Part shown: positions 10,418-20,274 of the stretch, one piece after another | Layout of the letters: every line of letters begins with the position of its first letter | Numbering within the stretch: the stretch's first letter is position 1 | Source of the DNA: Pseudomonadota bacterium | GTDB lineage: Bacteria; Desulfobacterota; Desulfobacteria; Desulfobacterales; RPRI01 | DNA length: 42,829 bases | Assembly (NCBI GenBank): GCA_043825875.1 | Contig: JBDRRF010000069.1 | Coordinates: forward strand, 1-42,829 | Direction of reading: 5' to 3' | Notes under the pieces: generated by a model | Database searches by the model: none | Told to the model about the DNA's origin: nothing | What the model saw: the letters and a program-made list of their open reading frames with translations, nothing else | Made by a program: the position numbers and the translations under genes

Positions 10418-11527
10418 ATGCGTATTATTATAGCAGGAGGCGGCACAGGAGGTCATTTGTTTCCCGGAATAGCTATAGCACAAAAATTTGTTTCAAAGAA
10501 TCCCGAAACCGGCATTCTTTTTGTCGGAGCAGGCAATTCTTTTGAAAAAACAACTGTAGCAAAAGCCGGTTTCAATCATAAAAGAATAACGGTTGAAGGT
10601 ATAAAAGGACGCGGTATCACAAAGCAGTTAATATCGGCTTTTAAGATACCTAAAGGCATGTTTGAATCATTAACAATACTAAAGAGCTTTAAGCCTAACC
10701 TTGTTTTTGGTGTAGGCAGTTATTCTTCAGGCCCTATAATTTTTATGGCATGGCTTCTTGGAATTAAAATAGCACTGCATGAACAAAACATTTTACCCGG
10801 AATTACAAACCGTATGCTGTCAAGGTTTGCCGATCGGATATATATATCGTTTGAAAAAACAATAAAACTGGCACAAGCCAAAAAAATAATCTTTTCAGGA
10901 AATCCTTTAAGAAAAGAAATAACAGATATCGCGAAAAAAAACATTGCAGATTACGGACATAACAAAAGTACATTTAACATATTGATCATTGGAGGAAGCC
11001 AGGGTGCTCACAGCATAAATATGGCCATTATTGAAGCTCTCTCATATATCAAAAATAAAGAAAGCCTTTTCTTTGTGCATCAGACTGGCTCTTTAGATGA
11101 AGAAACTGTTGCCAAAGCCTATGAGCAAAACAAAACCAATGGAGATGTAAAACCTTTTTTCGATGATATGGCAATAAAGTATAGTCAGGCTGATTTAATA
11201 ATCTGCAGAGCCGGAGCTACTACTGTTGCGGAAATTACAGTAATAGGCCGCGGAGCAATTTATATCCCCTACCCTTATGCAGCAAATGATCACCAGACTC
11301 AAAACGCACAGGCACTTTGTGATGCAGGTGCAGCGGAAATGATTGCTGAAAAGGATTTAAGCGGAAAAATACTTGCCGAAAAAATTGAGTATTTTTCCGA
11401 AAATCCAAAAGAGCTTTACAAAATGGCAACTTTGTCAAAAACATTCGGCATGCCTGATGCAGCGGCTGTGATAGTAAACGACTGTTATCAAATGCTTGAT
11501 CCTAATGGCGGCAATAAACATGTATAG
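10418..11527 (+). CDS. murG: Undecaprenyl-PP-MurNAc-pentapeptide GlcNAc transferase MurG
   Basis: GGGTGGHLFPG, HEQN, GNPLR, GGSQGA, CRAGATT. Confidence 0.97.
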   Translation: MRIIIAGGGTGGHLFPGIAIAQKFVSKNPETGILFVGAGNSFEKTTVAKAGFNHKRITVEGIKGRGITKQLISAFKIPKGMFESLTILKSFKPNLVFGVGSYSSGPIIFMAWLLGIKIALHEQNILPGITNRMLSRFADRIYISFEKTIKLAQAKKIIFSGNPLRKEITDIAKKNIADYGHNKSTFNILIIGGSQGAHSINMAIIEALSYIKNKESLFFVHQTGSLDEETVAKAYEQNKTNGDVKPFFDDMAIKYSQADLIICRAGATTVAEITVIGRGAIYIPYPYAANDHQTQNAQALCDAGAAEMIAEKDLSGKILAEKIEYFSENPKELYKMATLSKTFGMPDAAAVIVNDCYQMLDPNGGNKHV

Positions 11528-12911
11528 AAAAAAATACCATATTCATTTTGTTGGAATCGGCGGAATCGGCATGAGCGGAATAGCTGAGTTGCTTTTGAAT
11601 CTTGGGTATAAAGTTTCGGGTTCCGATAAGGCTTTAACTGATATTACAGATCGTTTAAAAAGGCTTGGAGGTACAGTTTATAAGGGCCATGATGAAACCA
11701 ATATAGAAGGTGCCGATGTTGTCGTTATTTCTTCGGCAGTCAGCTCAATAAACCCTGAAGTTGTTGCTGCAACACAATTATCCGTACCTGTAATACCAAG
11801 AGCTGAAATGCTGGCAGAACTCATGCGACTTAAATACAGTATTGCAGTTGCAGGAGCACACGGTAAAACTTCAACTACATCCATAATATCATCAGTTCTT
11901 GCAAAAGGTGGGCTTGATCCAACAGTAGTAATAGGCGGAAAACTTAAAAGCATAGATTCAAATGCTCTCCTTGGACAAGGCAACTACATTGTCGCAGAAG
12001 CCGATGAAAGTGACGGATCTTTTTTAAAGTATTCACCCGCTATAGCAGTAGTAACCAATATCGATAAAGAGCACCTTGATTTTTATAAGGATATAGACGC
12101 CATAAAGGATGTGTTTTTAAGCTTTATCGACAGAATTCCATTTTACGGCCTTGCAGTACTTTGTTTGGATAATGAATATATCCAGGAAATTATACCGAAA
12201 ATCAAAAAACGCTTTACTACTTACGGAATGAGCTCACAGGCGGTATTTCAGGCCAAAAATGTTTCAATTGAAGGTTTAATATCAAAATACAATGTTTATC
12301 ATCACGGAAAAGCTTTAGGTAAAATATCGCTGAGTCTTCCAGGAATTCACAATGTATACAATTCTCTTGCCAGTATCGCAGTCGGTATGGAACTTGATAT
12401 TCCATTTAATATTATAAAAGACGCCCTGGAAAATATGCAGGGGGTTCAACGCAGATTTGAAATTAAAGGAGAAGCAAAAGGAATTACAGTTATTGATGAT
12501 TACGGGCATCATCCCACAGAAATCCGAACCACATTGCAGGCTGCAAAGGATTGCTGGCCCGAACGGCGTGTTGTCGTTGTATTCCAGCCGCATCGATATA
12601 CAAGGACAAAAGCGCTTTTTGATGATTTTACCCGTGCATTTTATCAATCCGATCATCTTGTAATTCTTCCCATTTATCCTGCGGGAGAAAAAGAGATTGA
12701 AGGAATTGATTCAAAACGCTTATGTGAAGAAATTGCCGCACATGGGCACAAAGAAGTTTCTTATATGAATGATATGGAAAGTGCGGTTGCATATCTAATG
12801 GAGATTTTAAACGAAAAAGATATACTGCTTACTCTGGGCGCAGGAGACGTCTGGAAATCCGGCATGATGGTTTTGGATTCTTTATTAAAAGAAAAAGATA
12901 ATGCTACTTGA
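11520..12911 (+). CDS. murC: UDP-MurNAc--L-alanine ligase MurC
   Basis: HFVGIGGIGMSGIA, AGAHGKTSTT, EADESD, DDYGHHPTE, FQPHRYTR; start placed at ATG 11520 (MYRKKYHIHF). Confidence 0.97.
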   Translation: MYRKKYHIHFVGIGGIGMSGIAELLLNLGYKVSGSDKALTDITDRLKRLGGTVYKGHDETNIEGADVVVISSAVSSINPEVVAATQLSVPVIPRAEMLAELMRLKYSIAVAGAHGKTSTTSIISSVLAKGGLDPTVVIGGKLKSIDSNALLGQGNYIVAEADESDGSFLKYSPAIAVVTNIDKEHLDFYKDIDAIKDVFLSFIDRIPFYGLAVLCLDNEYIQEIIPKIKKRFTTYGMSSQAVFQAKNVSIEGLISKYNVYHHGKALGKISLSLPGIHNVYNSLASIAVGMELDIPFNIIKDALENMQGVQRRFEIKGEAKGITVIDDYGHHPTEIRTTLQAAKDCWPERRVVVVFQPHRYTRTKALFDDFTRAFYQSDHLVILPIYPAGEKEIEGIDSKRLCEEIAAHGHKEVSYMNDMESAVAYLMEILNEKDILLTLGAGDVWKSGMMVLDSLLKEKDNAT

Positions 12912-13851
12912 TCAGGATATAAAAAAATGGCTTGCAAACTATTTTGACGAAAAAGTCAAATTTGATGAACCTATGTCAAAGCACACTTATTTTAAAGTAG
13001 GAGGTCCGGCAAAAGCGTTTGTAACGCCCGAAAGTACCGAACAACTTTATAAACTTATATCATGGTCACAAGAAAATAATATCCCGTATATTGTAATAGG
13101 AGACGGATCAAATCTTTTGGTAAGTGATAATGGCATACAGAAAATAGTAATTGTTCTTTCAAAATGTTTGAATCGGATTTCTATCATAAAGAAAGAAAAA
13201 GAATCCGTATTAATAACGGCAATGGCCGGAGTCAGAATACAAACTCTTTGCCGCTTTGCTATAGAAGAAGGATTATCGGGGATAAATTTTGCCCTGGGAA
13301 TTCCGGGAACCATTGGCGGAGCAATCATGATGAATGCCGGAACACATTTTGGTTCAATATCCGATATCCTTGAATCGATAAATATTATGCAATCTTCAGG
13401 TGATATCTTGAAACTGGAAAAAGATGATATCGATTTTTCATACAGGGGTCTTTCCTTAAAAAGAAAAATAAAAACATCAGATAGCAGAGATCCCATAATA
13501 CTGGAAGGTTCTTTCATGCTGAAAAAGTCCGATGCAATTGAGCTGAAAAAAGAGGCCGAACTTATTTTAAAAAAGAGAAATGAGAGCCAGCCAGCCAAAT
13601 CGGCAAGTGCCGGGTGTTTCTTTAGAAATCCGCTTACAGGCAAAACAGCGGGAGAACTTATCGATATGGCTGATCTTAAAGGAGCACGCATAGGCGGAGC
13701 AGAGATTTCTGGAAAACACGCTAATTTTATAGTTAATACCGGTAATGCTTCAGCGTCAGACATACTTTCACTTATGAAGTTGGTTCAAGAAACCGTATTT
13801 AATAAATTTAACATTAACCTTTTACCGGAGGTTAAAATTGTTGGGGTTTAA
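12901..13851 (+). CDS. murB: UDP-N-acetylenolpyruvoylglucosamine reductase MurB
   Basis: HTYFKVGGPA, GDGSNLL, IPGTIGGAIMMNAG, SAGCFFRNP, HANFIVN. Confidence 0.96.
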   Translation: MLLDQDIKKWLANYFDEKVKFDEPMSKHTYFKVGGPAKAFVTPESTEQLYKLISWSQENNIPYIVIGDGSNLLVSDNGIQKIVIVLSKCLNRISIIKKEKESVLITAMAGVRIQTLCRFAIEEGLSGINFALGIPGTIGGAIMMNAGTHFGSISDILESINIMQSSGDILKLEKDDIDFSYRGLSLKRKIKTSDSRDPIILEGSFMLKKSDAIELKKEAELILKKRNESQPAKSASAGCFFRNPLTGKTAGELIDMADLKGARIGGAEISGKHANFIVNTGNASASDILSLMKLVQETVFNKFNINLLPEVKIVGV

Positions 13852-14668
13852 AGACTCAAAAGCTAAAGTTCATAAGAACAGATTTAATAAAAAAAGGCGG
13901 CTTGGCAGTATAAGGAATCATATTGTTTTTTATCTGAAGATAACTCTTGTTATCATGATTGTTCCGGTTATAAGCCTTGCTTTTATTTTTATATATGACT
14001 GTGTAACGCAATCTGAATCTTTTGCAGCAAAAACTATTTCAATTGAAGGCAACAGGATTTTATCAAAAGAAGAAATTATTAAAGAGGCAGGTATAAACCC
14101 AGGGGTTAATATATTTGCGATAAATATCTCAAAGGTCAGAAAAAAACTTTTGGCGAATCCATATACGGCTGAAGTTGAAGTTAGCAGGAAAATACCATCG
14201 GCAATAACGATAAAAATCAAAGAACATAACTGTTTAGCCGTCATTGATCTTGGAAAAATGTTTTTGCTAAACGAACATGGAGAAATTTTTAAAGAAAAGG
14301 AGAGTTCTGATATTGAAATAGTTCCGGTAGTACAGGGACTTTCCTTTGCAGATTTAAATTTAAGCGGTAAAAATAAAACAAAAGTATTTGATGCAGTAAC
14401 GACTGTATTAAAACTTGGCCAAAGTCCCAAAAGCATTCTGCCAAACTCAATTATACAGTTGATAAAAGTTGATAGAAAAATTGGTTTAACAATTACCGCT
14501 TTTACAGAAAGCAGAATCATAAAGCTTGGATACAGTAATTATAAAGATAAGTATGAAAGACTAAGTAACGTGCTTAACAATAATAAATTAAATATGCAGA
14601 ATTTTGAAAGCATATACTTGGATAACGGTCTTGATCGTGTTGTTGTGTGCCCAGCAAACAAAATTTAA
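13838..14668 (+). CDS. ftsQ: Cell division protein FtsQ/DivIB
   Basis: Basic N-terminus, single TM, POTRA-like ISIEGNRILSKEEI...NPYTAEVEVSRKIPSAITIKIKE; directly before ftsA; start uncertain. Confidence 0.88.
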   Translation: MLGFKDSKAKVHKNRFNKKRRLGSIRNHIVFYLKITLVIMIVPVISLAFIFIYDCVTQSESFAAKTISIEGNRILSKEEIIKEAGINPGVNIFAINISKVRKKLLANPYTAEVEVSRKIPSAITIKIKEHNCLAVIDLGKMFLLNEHGEIFKEKESSDIEIVPVVQGLSFADLNLSGKNKTKVFDAVTTVLKLGQSPKSILPNSIIQLIKVDRKIGLTITAFTESRIIKLGYSNYKDKYERLSNVLNNNKLNMQNFESIYLDNGLDRVVVCPANKI

Positions 14669-14704
14669 ACTAAAGCGTTTAATTATGAAATAAGGAGACT
14701 TAAA

Positions 14705-15931
14705 ATGCCGGTGCAAGATAATATTATTGTCGGCCTTGATATCGGAACAACCAAAATCTGTGCTGTTGTCGGAGAGCTGACAGACAGAGATATCAATATA
14801 ATAGGAATCGGCACTCATCCCTCCATAGGTCTTAGAAAAGGTGTTGTAGTAAATATTGAATCTACCGTGGATTCAATTAAAAAAGCGGTCGAGGAAGCCG
14901 AACTTATGGCCGGGTGCGAAATTTCTTCCGTATATGCCGGAATTGCAGGAGGCCATATTACCGGTTTTAACAGCAGGGGGCTTGTTCCTATTAAAGAATC
15001 TGAGATAACCCAGAATGATGTAGACCGTGTCATTGATGCGGCAAGAGCGATAGCAATACCCATGGATAGAGAAGTAATACATGTACTTCCTCAGGAATAT
15101 ATAGTTGATGAACAAACCGGGATACAAAACCCTGTAGGAATGTCCGGTGTCAGGCTTGAAGCTAAAATACATATTGTGACAGGAGCTGTAACATCCGCCC
15201 ATAATATTATAAAATGCGCCAATCTTTCAGGGCTGGATGTTTGCGATATTGTCTTAGAATCTCTTGCTTCCGGCGAAGCCGTGTTGACAGAAGAAGAAAA
15301 GGAACTCGGCACAATGCTTTTGGATTTGGGCGGAGGAACAACGGATCTTTCCGTTTTTTCCGGAAAAAATATCAGGCACACTTTTGTTCTTGCTCTTGGC
15401 GGTAATAATCTGACTAACGATATCGCTGTAGGATTGAGAGCTTCCATTCCCGATGCTGAGAAAATAAAGATAAAATACGGTAGTTGTGTAGCAAAAAACA
15501 TAAGCAGTAGTGAAACTATTGAAGTCCCGAGCATGGGTGGGCGTACTCCCAGAAAACTTTCCCGGCAGATTCTTGGTGAAATTTTGGAACCACGCATGGA
15601 AGAAATCTTCACATTGATAAAAAGAGAAATTTATAAAGCCGAAATGGAAAATTTAATCCATTCCGGTGTTGTTCTCACAGGCGGGTCCGCTCTTTTAAGC
15701 GATGTAACGGAAATAGCGGAATCCGTATTTAATCTTCCGACACGATTAGGAAGGCCTATAGGAATAACAGGACTTGTCGATGTAGTTAATAATCCTATGT
15801 ATGCAACAGGCGTAGGCCTTGTGGTGTATGGAGCTAAAAATCAAACCAAGAAAAAGTTCAGAATCCGTGATGGCAATATATTCAACAGGGTAATGGGTAG
15901 AATGAAGAAATGGGTTAGTGATGTCATTTAA
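14705..15931 (+). CDS. ftsA: Cell division protein FtsA
   Basis: VGLDIGTTKIC, DLGGGTTD, VVLTGG, PMYATGVGL, C-terminal amphipathic helix. Confidence 0.98.
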   Translation: MPVQDNIIVGLDIGTTKICAVVGELTDRDINIIGIGTHPSIGLRKGVVVNIESTVDSIKKAVEEAELMAGCEISSVYAGIAGGHITGFNSRGLVPIKESEITQNDVDRVIDAARAIAIPMDREVIHVLPQEYIVDEQTGIQNPVGMSGVRLEAKIHIVTGAVTSAHNIIKCANLSGLDVCDIVLESLASGEAVLTEEEKELGTMLLDLGGGTTDLSVFSGKNIRHTFVLALGGNNLTNDIAVGLRASIPDAEKIKIKYGSCVAKNISSSETIEVPSMGGRTPRKLSRQILGEILEPRMEEIFTLIKREIYKAEMENLIHSGVVLTGGSALLSDVTEIAESVFNLPTRLGRPIGITGLVDVVNNPMYATGVGLVVYGAKNQTKKKFRIRDGNIFNRVMGRMKKWVSDVI

Positions 15932-16044
15932 TAAATTATAATTTTAATCCGTTTATAAAATTGTGGCTATAAGAAATATTATAGATTTAATTTTTAATAT
16001 TTTATGCATACTTTTTATAACATCATTCAGGTAGGGGGTGAATT

Positions 16045-17229
16045 ATGTTTAGCATGGTAGACAATGAAGGTTTAACGAAAATCAAGGTGATTGGTGTGGG
16101 GGGTGCCGGAGGAAATGCAATTAACAACATGGTATCTTCTAATCTTATGGGTGTTAAGTTTATCGTGGCGAATACTGATGCGCAGGCTCTTGAGAAATCA
16201 CTGGCTTCGGTAAAAATACAGATCGGAGAGCAACTTACCCAAGGACTTGGAGCAGGTGCCATGCCTCAAATCGGTAGGGATGCGGCATTTGAAACTGAAG
16301 AAGATATAAAAAATGCCATCAAAGACAGTCATATGGTTTTTATTACTGCCGGTTTCGGAGGTGGAACAGGAACAGGCGCTGCTCCTGTCATAGCCAGAAT
16401 CGCAAAAGATCTTGGTGCTCTCACTGTTGCAGTGGTTACAAAACCTTTTTCTTTTGAAGGCAAGAAACGTATGAAGCAGGCAGAAGAAGGAATAAATGAG
16501 CTCAAGAAATATGCCGATACAGTTATTACCATACCCAATGACAGGCTTAGAGGCCTTGCAACCAAGAACGCCAAAATGATAGAAATGTTTAGAAAGGCAG
16601 ATGAAGTACTTCTGCATTCGGTAAAGGGCATTACAGATCTTATAGTTATGCCCGGTCTTGTAAACCTTGATTTTGCAGACGTAAAAACAACAATGTCCAA
16701 AGCGGGTCTTGCAATTATGGGTATCGGAGTCGGCAGAGGAGAAAACAGGGCAATTGATGCGGCTGAACAGGCCATATCACATCCATTGCTCGAAGATATT
16801 TCGATAAAAGGCGCCAAAGGCGTTTTAATGAATATTACATGCGACAGTGATATCACAATGGAAGAAATGACTGAAGCGTCAGATAGGATTTACAGAGAAG
16901 TCGGGGATGATGCTGATATAATATGGGGTACGGCTGTCGATGATACAATCGGAGATGAAATGCGTGTTACGGTTATAGCAACCGGAATAGGTCAGCCCGA
17001 CATAGAAGAGCTTGTAGAAAAAGAAGATAAATCAAAACTTAGAGGAAAGGTTAGAAGCCTTACCATGGAAGATATAAAAGCTGCCGCAAACTATGATGTA
17101 CCTACTTTTATACGGCAACAGGAAGCTGTTGGTGAATCGGGAGGCGCAACATACAGGGGATATAAAGGTATGGTTATTGACAATAGTGATCTTGATATCC
17201 CGACATTTTTACGAAAAAAAGCTGATTAA
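16045..17229 (+). CDS. ftsZ: Cell division protein FtsZ
   Basis: GVGGAGGNA, GGGTGTG tubulin signature, NLDFAD, C-terminal LDIPTFLRK. Confidence 0.99.
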   Translation: MFSMVDNEGLTKIKVIGVGGAGGNAINNMVSSNLMGVKFIVANTDAQALEKSLASVKIQIGEQLTQGLGAGAMPQIGRDAAFETEEDIKNAIKDSHMVFITAGFGGGTGTGAAPVIARIAKDLGALTVAVVTKPFSFEGKKRMKQAEEGINELKKYADTVITIPNDRLRGLATKNAKMIEMFRKADEVLLHSVKGITDLIVMPGLVNLDFADVKTTMSKAGLAIMGIGVGRGENRAIDAAEQAISHPLLEDISIKGAKGVLMNITCDSDITMEEMTEASDRIYREVGDDADIIWGTAVDDTIGDEMRVTVIATGIGQPDIEELVEKEDKSKLRGKVRSLTMEDIKAAANYDVPTFIRQQEAVGESGGATYRGYKGMVIDNSDLDIPTFLRKKAD

Positions 17230-17269
17230 ATATTTTTGTGTATTTTTATAATGGCTGCCGGCCAATGTA

Positions 17270-18970
17270 ATGAATGGAAAACAAAAAAGAAATTACTTGT
17301 CTGATTTTGAGATAGGAGCTGTCCGGAAACAATGGAAAGAACATATCAGGGTAGCCCTTGTATATCCGAATTCTTACAAAGCCGGAATGTCAAATCTTGG
17401 TTTTCAGACGGTATATGATATTTTAAACAGGTTTGATAATATTTTATGTGAAAGGGCTTTTCTTCCCGATAATATAACAGAACCTATACTGACAATAGAA
17501 TCATCAAGGAAACTGGTAGATTTTGACATAATCGCTTTTTCAATATCCTTTGAAAGTGATTATGTAAATATTCTCTCAGTTCTTAAAAAAGCGAAACTCC
17601 CCTTAAAGGCCAGCGATAGAGGAACCCCCTACCCTCTTGTTCTGGCCGGGGGAGTTGCTTGTTTTATAAATCCGGAACCTGTTTATGAATTTATCGATTG
17701 TTTTTTTATCGGTGAAGCAGAAGTAATAATTCCTGGCTTCTTCGAGTATTTTGAAACCGGTGTTAAAAAAAAAGATATTTTACTAAAAATCGCAAGACAA
17801 GTACCGGGCATATACGTTCCGGCATTCTATGAAACAACCTATAATCAAGATGGCACTCTTCGCTCTTTTTTTCCGGTAGCCGATGTACCGGAAAAAATAA
17901 AACGTGTTTATTTAAAAGATATTACAACAGCATCAACATGCAGCAAGATCGTATCCGAAAAAACAACTTTTGACCGTTCTTTTTTAATTGAGGTATCAAG
18001 AGGATGCCCCCATGGATGCAGGTTTTGCAGCGCAGGTTTTGTGTACCGCCCTCCCAGGTTCAGAAACTTAACTCTACTTGAAAAATGCATAGATAAGGGG
18101 TTAGCAATAACTGACAAAATAGGATTCGTAGGCGCTGCGATTTCCGATCTGCCCGAAATTGAAAAGCTTTGTAACATAGGTCAAAAAAAGGGCGCTCAAA
18201 TATCATTCAGCTCTTTAAGAGCCGATGCTTTATCAGATGAACTTGCCGCCTCGCTTAAAAAAAGCGGAAGCAAAACCGCAACAATTGCTCCCGATGGCGG
18301 CTCACAACGTATTCGTGACGTGATTAATAAAGGAATCACCGAAGATCAAATTCTATCTGCCACCCAAATAATTGTGAATGCCGGGATTCCAAATATTAAA
18401 CTATATTTCATGATCGGACTTCCTACAGAAACTATGGAAGATATTGAAGCAATAGTAACCCTGTGTAAGAAAATAAAGAAATACTTTGTTGATTCAAGCA
18501 GAGAAAAAAAACGTATAGGACATATTACTGTCAGCATCAATCCTTTTGTCCCAAAACCCTTTACGCCTTTTCAATGGGCGGGAATGGATGAGATTTCAAC
18601 TCTTAAGAAAAAGATTACGCATATAAAAAACGGTTTAAAAAAAGAAGCAAACATGAGAATAGATGCTGCATCCCCCAGAAAAACCTATATACAGGCACTT
18701 ATTTCTAGAGGCGACCGCAGAACTGCCGAATTATTAATTCTTGCCGATTCAAATAACGGCAACTGGGCAAAAACGCTCAAGGACTCATTTTTAGATGCCG
18801 ATTTTTATGTTTACAGGGAAAAATCTTTTGATGAACTGCTTCCCTGGGATTTTATAGATCACGGCATTAAAAAATCATATCTTAAAAATGAATATCAAAA
18901 AGCATTACTTCAAAAAACATCTGCGCCCTGCCCCATAACTTCATGTAATAAATGCGGTGTTTGCATATAG
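17270..18970 (+). CDS. Radical SAM protein
   Basis: EVSRGCPHGCRFC (CxxxCxxC), YPNSYKAGMSNLG, LYFMIGLPTE, PFVPKPFTPFQW, C-terminal Cys cluster CxxxxCxxCxxC. Confidence 0.9.
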   Translation: MNGKQKRNYLSDFEIGAVRKQWKEHIRVALVYPNSYKAGMSNLGFQTVYDILNRFDNILCERAFLPDNITEPILTIESSRKLVDFDIIAFSISFESDYVNILSVLKKAKLPLKASDRGTPYPLVLAGGVACFINPEPVYEFIDCFFIGEAEVIIPGFFEYFETGVKKKDILLKIARQVPGIYVPAFYETTYNQDGTLRSFFPVADVPEKIKRVYLKDITTASTCSKIVSEKTTFDRSFLIEVSRGCPHGCRFCSAGFVYRPPRFRNLTLLEKCIDKGLAITDKIGFVGAAISDLPEIEKLCNIGQKKGAQISFSSLRADALSDELAASLKKSGSKTATIAPDGGSQRIRDVINKGITEDQILSATQIIVNAGIPNIKLYFMIGLPTETMEDIEAIVTLCKKIKKYFVDSSREKKRIGHITVSINPFVPKPFTPFQWAGMDEISTLKKKITHIKNGLKKEANMRIDAASPRKTYIQALISRGDRRTAELLILADSNNGNWAKTLKDSFLDADFYVYREKSFDELLPWDFIDHGIKKSYLKNEYQKALLQKTSAPCPITSCNKCGVCI

Positions 18971-19092
18971 AATTAGTAACGCTTTTTGGGACAAAACTAA
19001 TCATAGCCTACATTACCTTCAAAAATTAAACCCCACAAAAATTGCTGATTAAAGCGTCAATCGCTTGACTTATTAATATTTTTATATTTATT

Positions 19093-19243
19093 GAGCCAAT
19101 TTCAAAACGTTTCAATTTGGTCAAGCTCAAGGCGGGAGAAAATTTCAACCGCTTGAATACATAGGTTATTTAGAGGATAGCGTTAAAGGTTAGCACTTAT
19201 GCTTCACTACATGTCACTTCGTGCGAAATTTGAACCCAACGCA
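19093..19243. repeat. Interrupted, right-truncated copy of ~140-bp palindromic dispersed repeat (MITE/REPIN-like)
   Basis: Aligns to 42689-42804 (GAGCCA.TTTCAAAACGTTTCA.TTTGGTCAAGCTCAAGGCGGG.GAAAATTTCAACC...GAAATTTGA.CCCAACGCA) with a 46-bp insert at 19179-19224. Confidence 0.9.
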
Positions 19244-19571
19244 TATAAGCAATTGTAATAAATCTGCTCCGTTTGTTTATGAGTGCGTATGCGTCCATTC
19301 AAAAAAATAATCAAAAAAAATTCATTATTCAGCAAATCTGTATGCTATTTGTAGGTTGTCTTATATTAATATGATAACAGTGTATGAACAATTCATTGTT
19401 TGCAATGTAACTTTTTATTACTACACAAAATCCTAAAATGTTATTTGAAAGGAACCGGTATATCCCACTTTTTTTTGGGTTATTATTATGCAAAGTAAAG
19501 TGATTTTAAAATAGTGCCTTTACAAAAATTTCCGGTCCTTCAATTTAAAATTATATTTTTGAGGTGAAGCC

Positions 19572-20222
19572 GTGACAGCACTTAATTACATAATTCAAAA
19601 GGACCATATTTGTATAGCTATAGATACTCTTTCATTAGAATCTGAGGATCGCAAACCTTATGCCTATATGACAAAATTCATATTACTGCCACATCTGCAT
19701 ACAATCGTGACAGGTACAGGACTCGGGTTGCTTGTTTCTGAATGGATGGCACAGGCTCGCAGTAACATATTGGGAACAGACATTGACGATCTTAACCAAT
19801 ATACACCCGATTGCCTTCATAAGATTGCTGCACATTACCCGCAAATGAACGGTTCATCAACTACTATTTATCATTTTGGCTACTCACAAAACAGAGATAT
19901 ATTTGTATGTTATGCCTATCGTTCAAAGAACAACTGGATGCCTGAGGAAATTTTGAATGGCGTTGGAATAAAACCGGCCATAAAATTTGAGTTTGAAAGT
20001 AATTTCATGTTGCCTAATAGCTTTATTGATCTGATGGAATTTCAACGTGAAGAAGATTTAAAATTACCTTTACCGAAGCGATTGGGAATAGGCGGTGACA
20101 TTCATTTTATTTTTATGGATCGGAGTGGAATAAATGTACAAAAATGCCATAGGTTTGATTCTTATGAAGAAGATTTTCAAATAATGCACGAAAAAACATT
20201 AAAACAAAACTATCGACTGTAG
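19572..20222 (+). CDS. Hypothetical protein with proteasome-beta/Ntn-hydrolase-like signature
   Basis: GTG start after GAGGTG RBS; mature Thr1, Asp17, Lys34, Gly47 spacing and late GIGGDIHFIFMDRSG; CDS well supported, fold call by eye. Confidence 0.6.
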   Translation: MTALNYIIQKDHICIAIDTLSLESEDRKPYAYMTKFILLPHLHTIVTGTGLGLLVSEWMAQARSNILGTDIDDLNQYTPDCLHKIAAHYPQMNGSSTTIYHFGYSQNRDIFVCYAYRSKNNWMPEEILNGVGIKPAIKFEFESNFMLPNSFIDLMEFQREEDLKLPLPKRLGIGGDIHFIFMDRSGINVQKCHRFDSYEEDFQIMHEKTLKQNYRL

Positions 20223-20274
20223 CAGATTGCTGGCACATCAACACCGGAACTGTGCCAAGCATTAAATTGCCTTC

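Noticed and set aside
13047..15612. Long antisense ORFs (13047-13763, 13930-14520, 15091-15612)
   Set aside because: They shadow murB, ftsQ and ftsA on the opposite strand and have no recognisable motifs
20190..20262. attC-like site after the orphan Ntn-like ORF
   Set aside because: A hairpin (TGGCACA/TGTGCCA) exists but no TAAC...GTT boxes frame it; more likely a terminator between convergent genes
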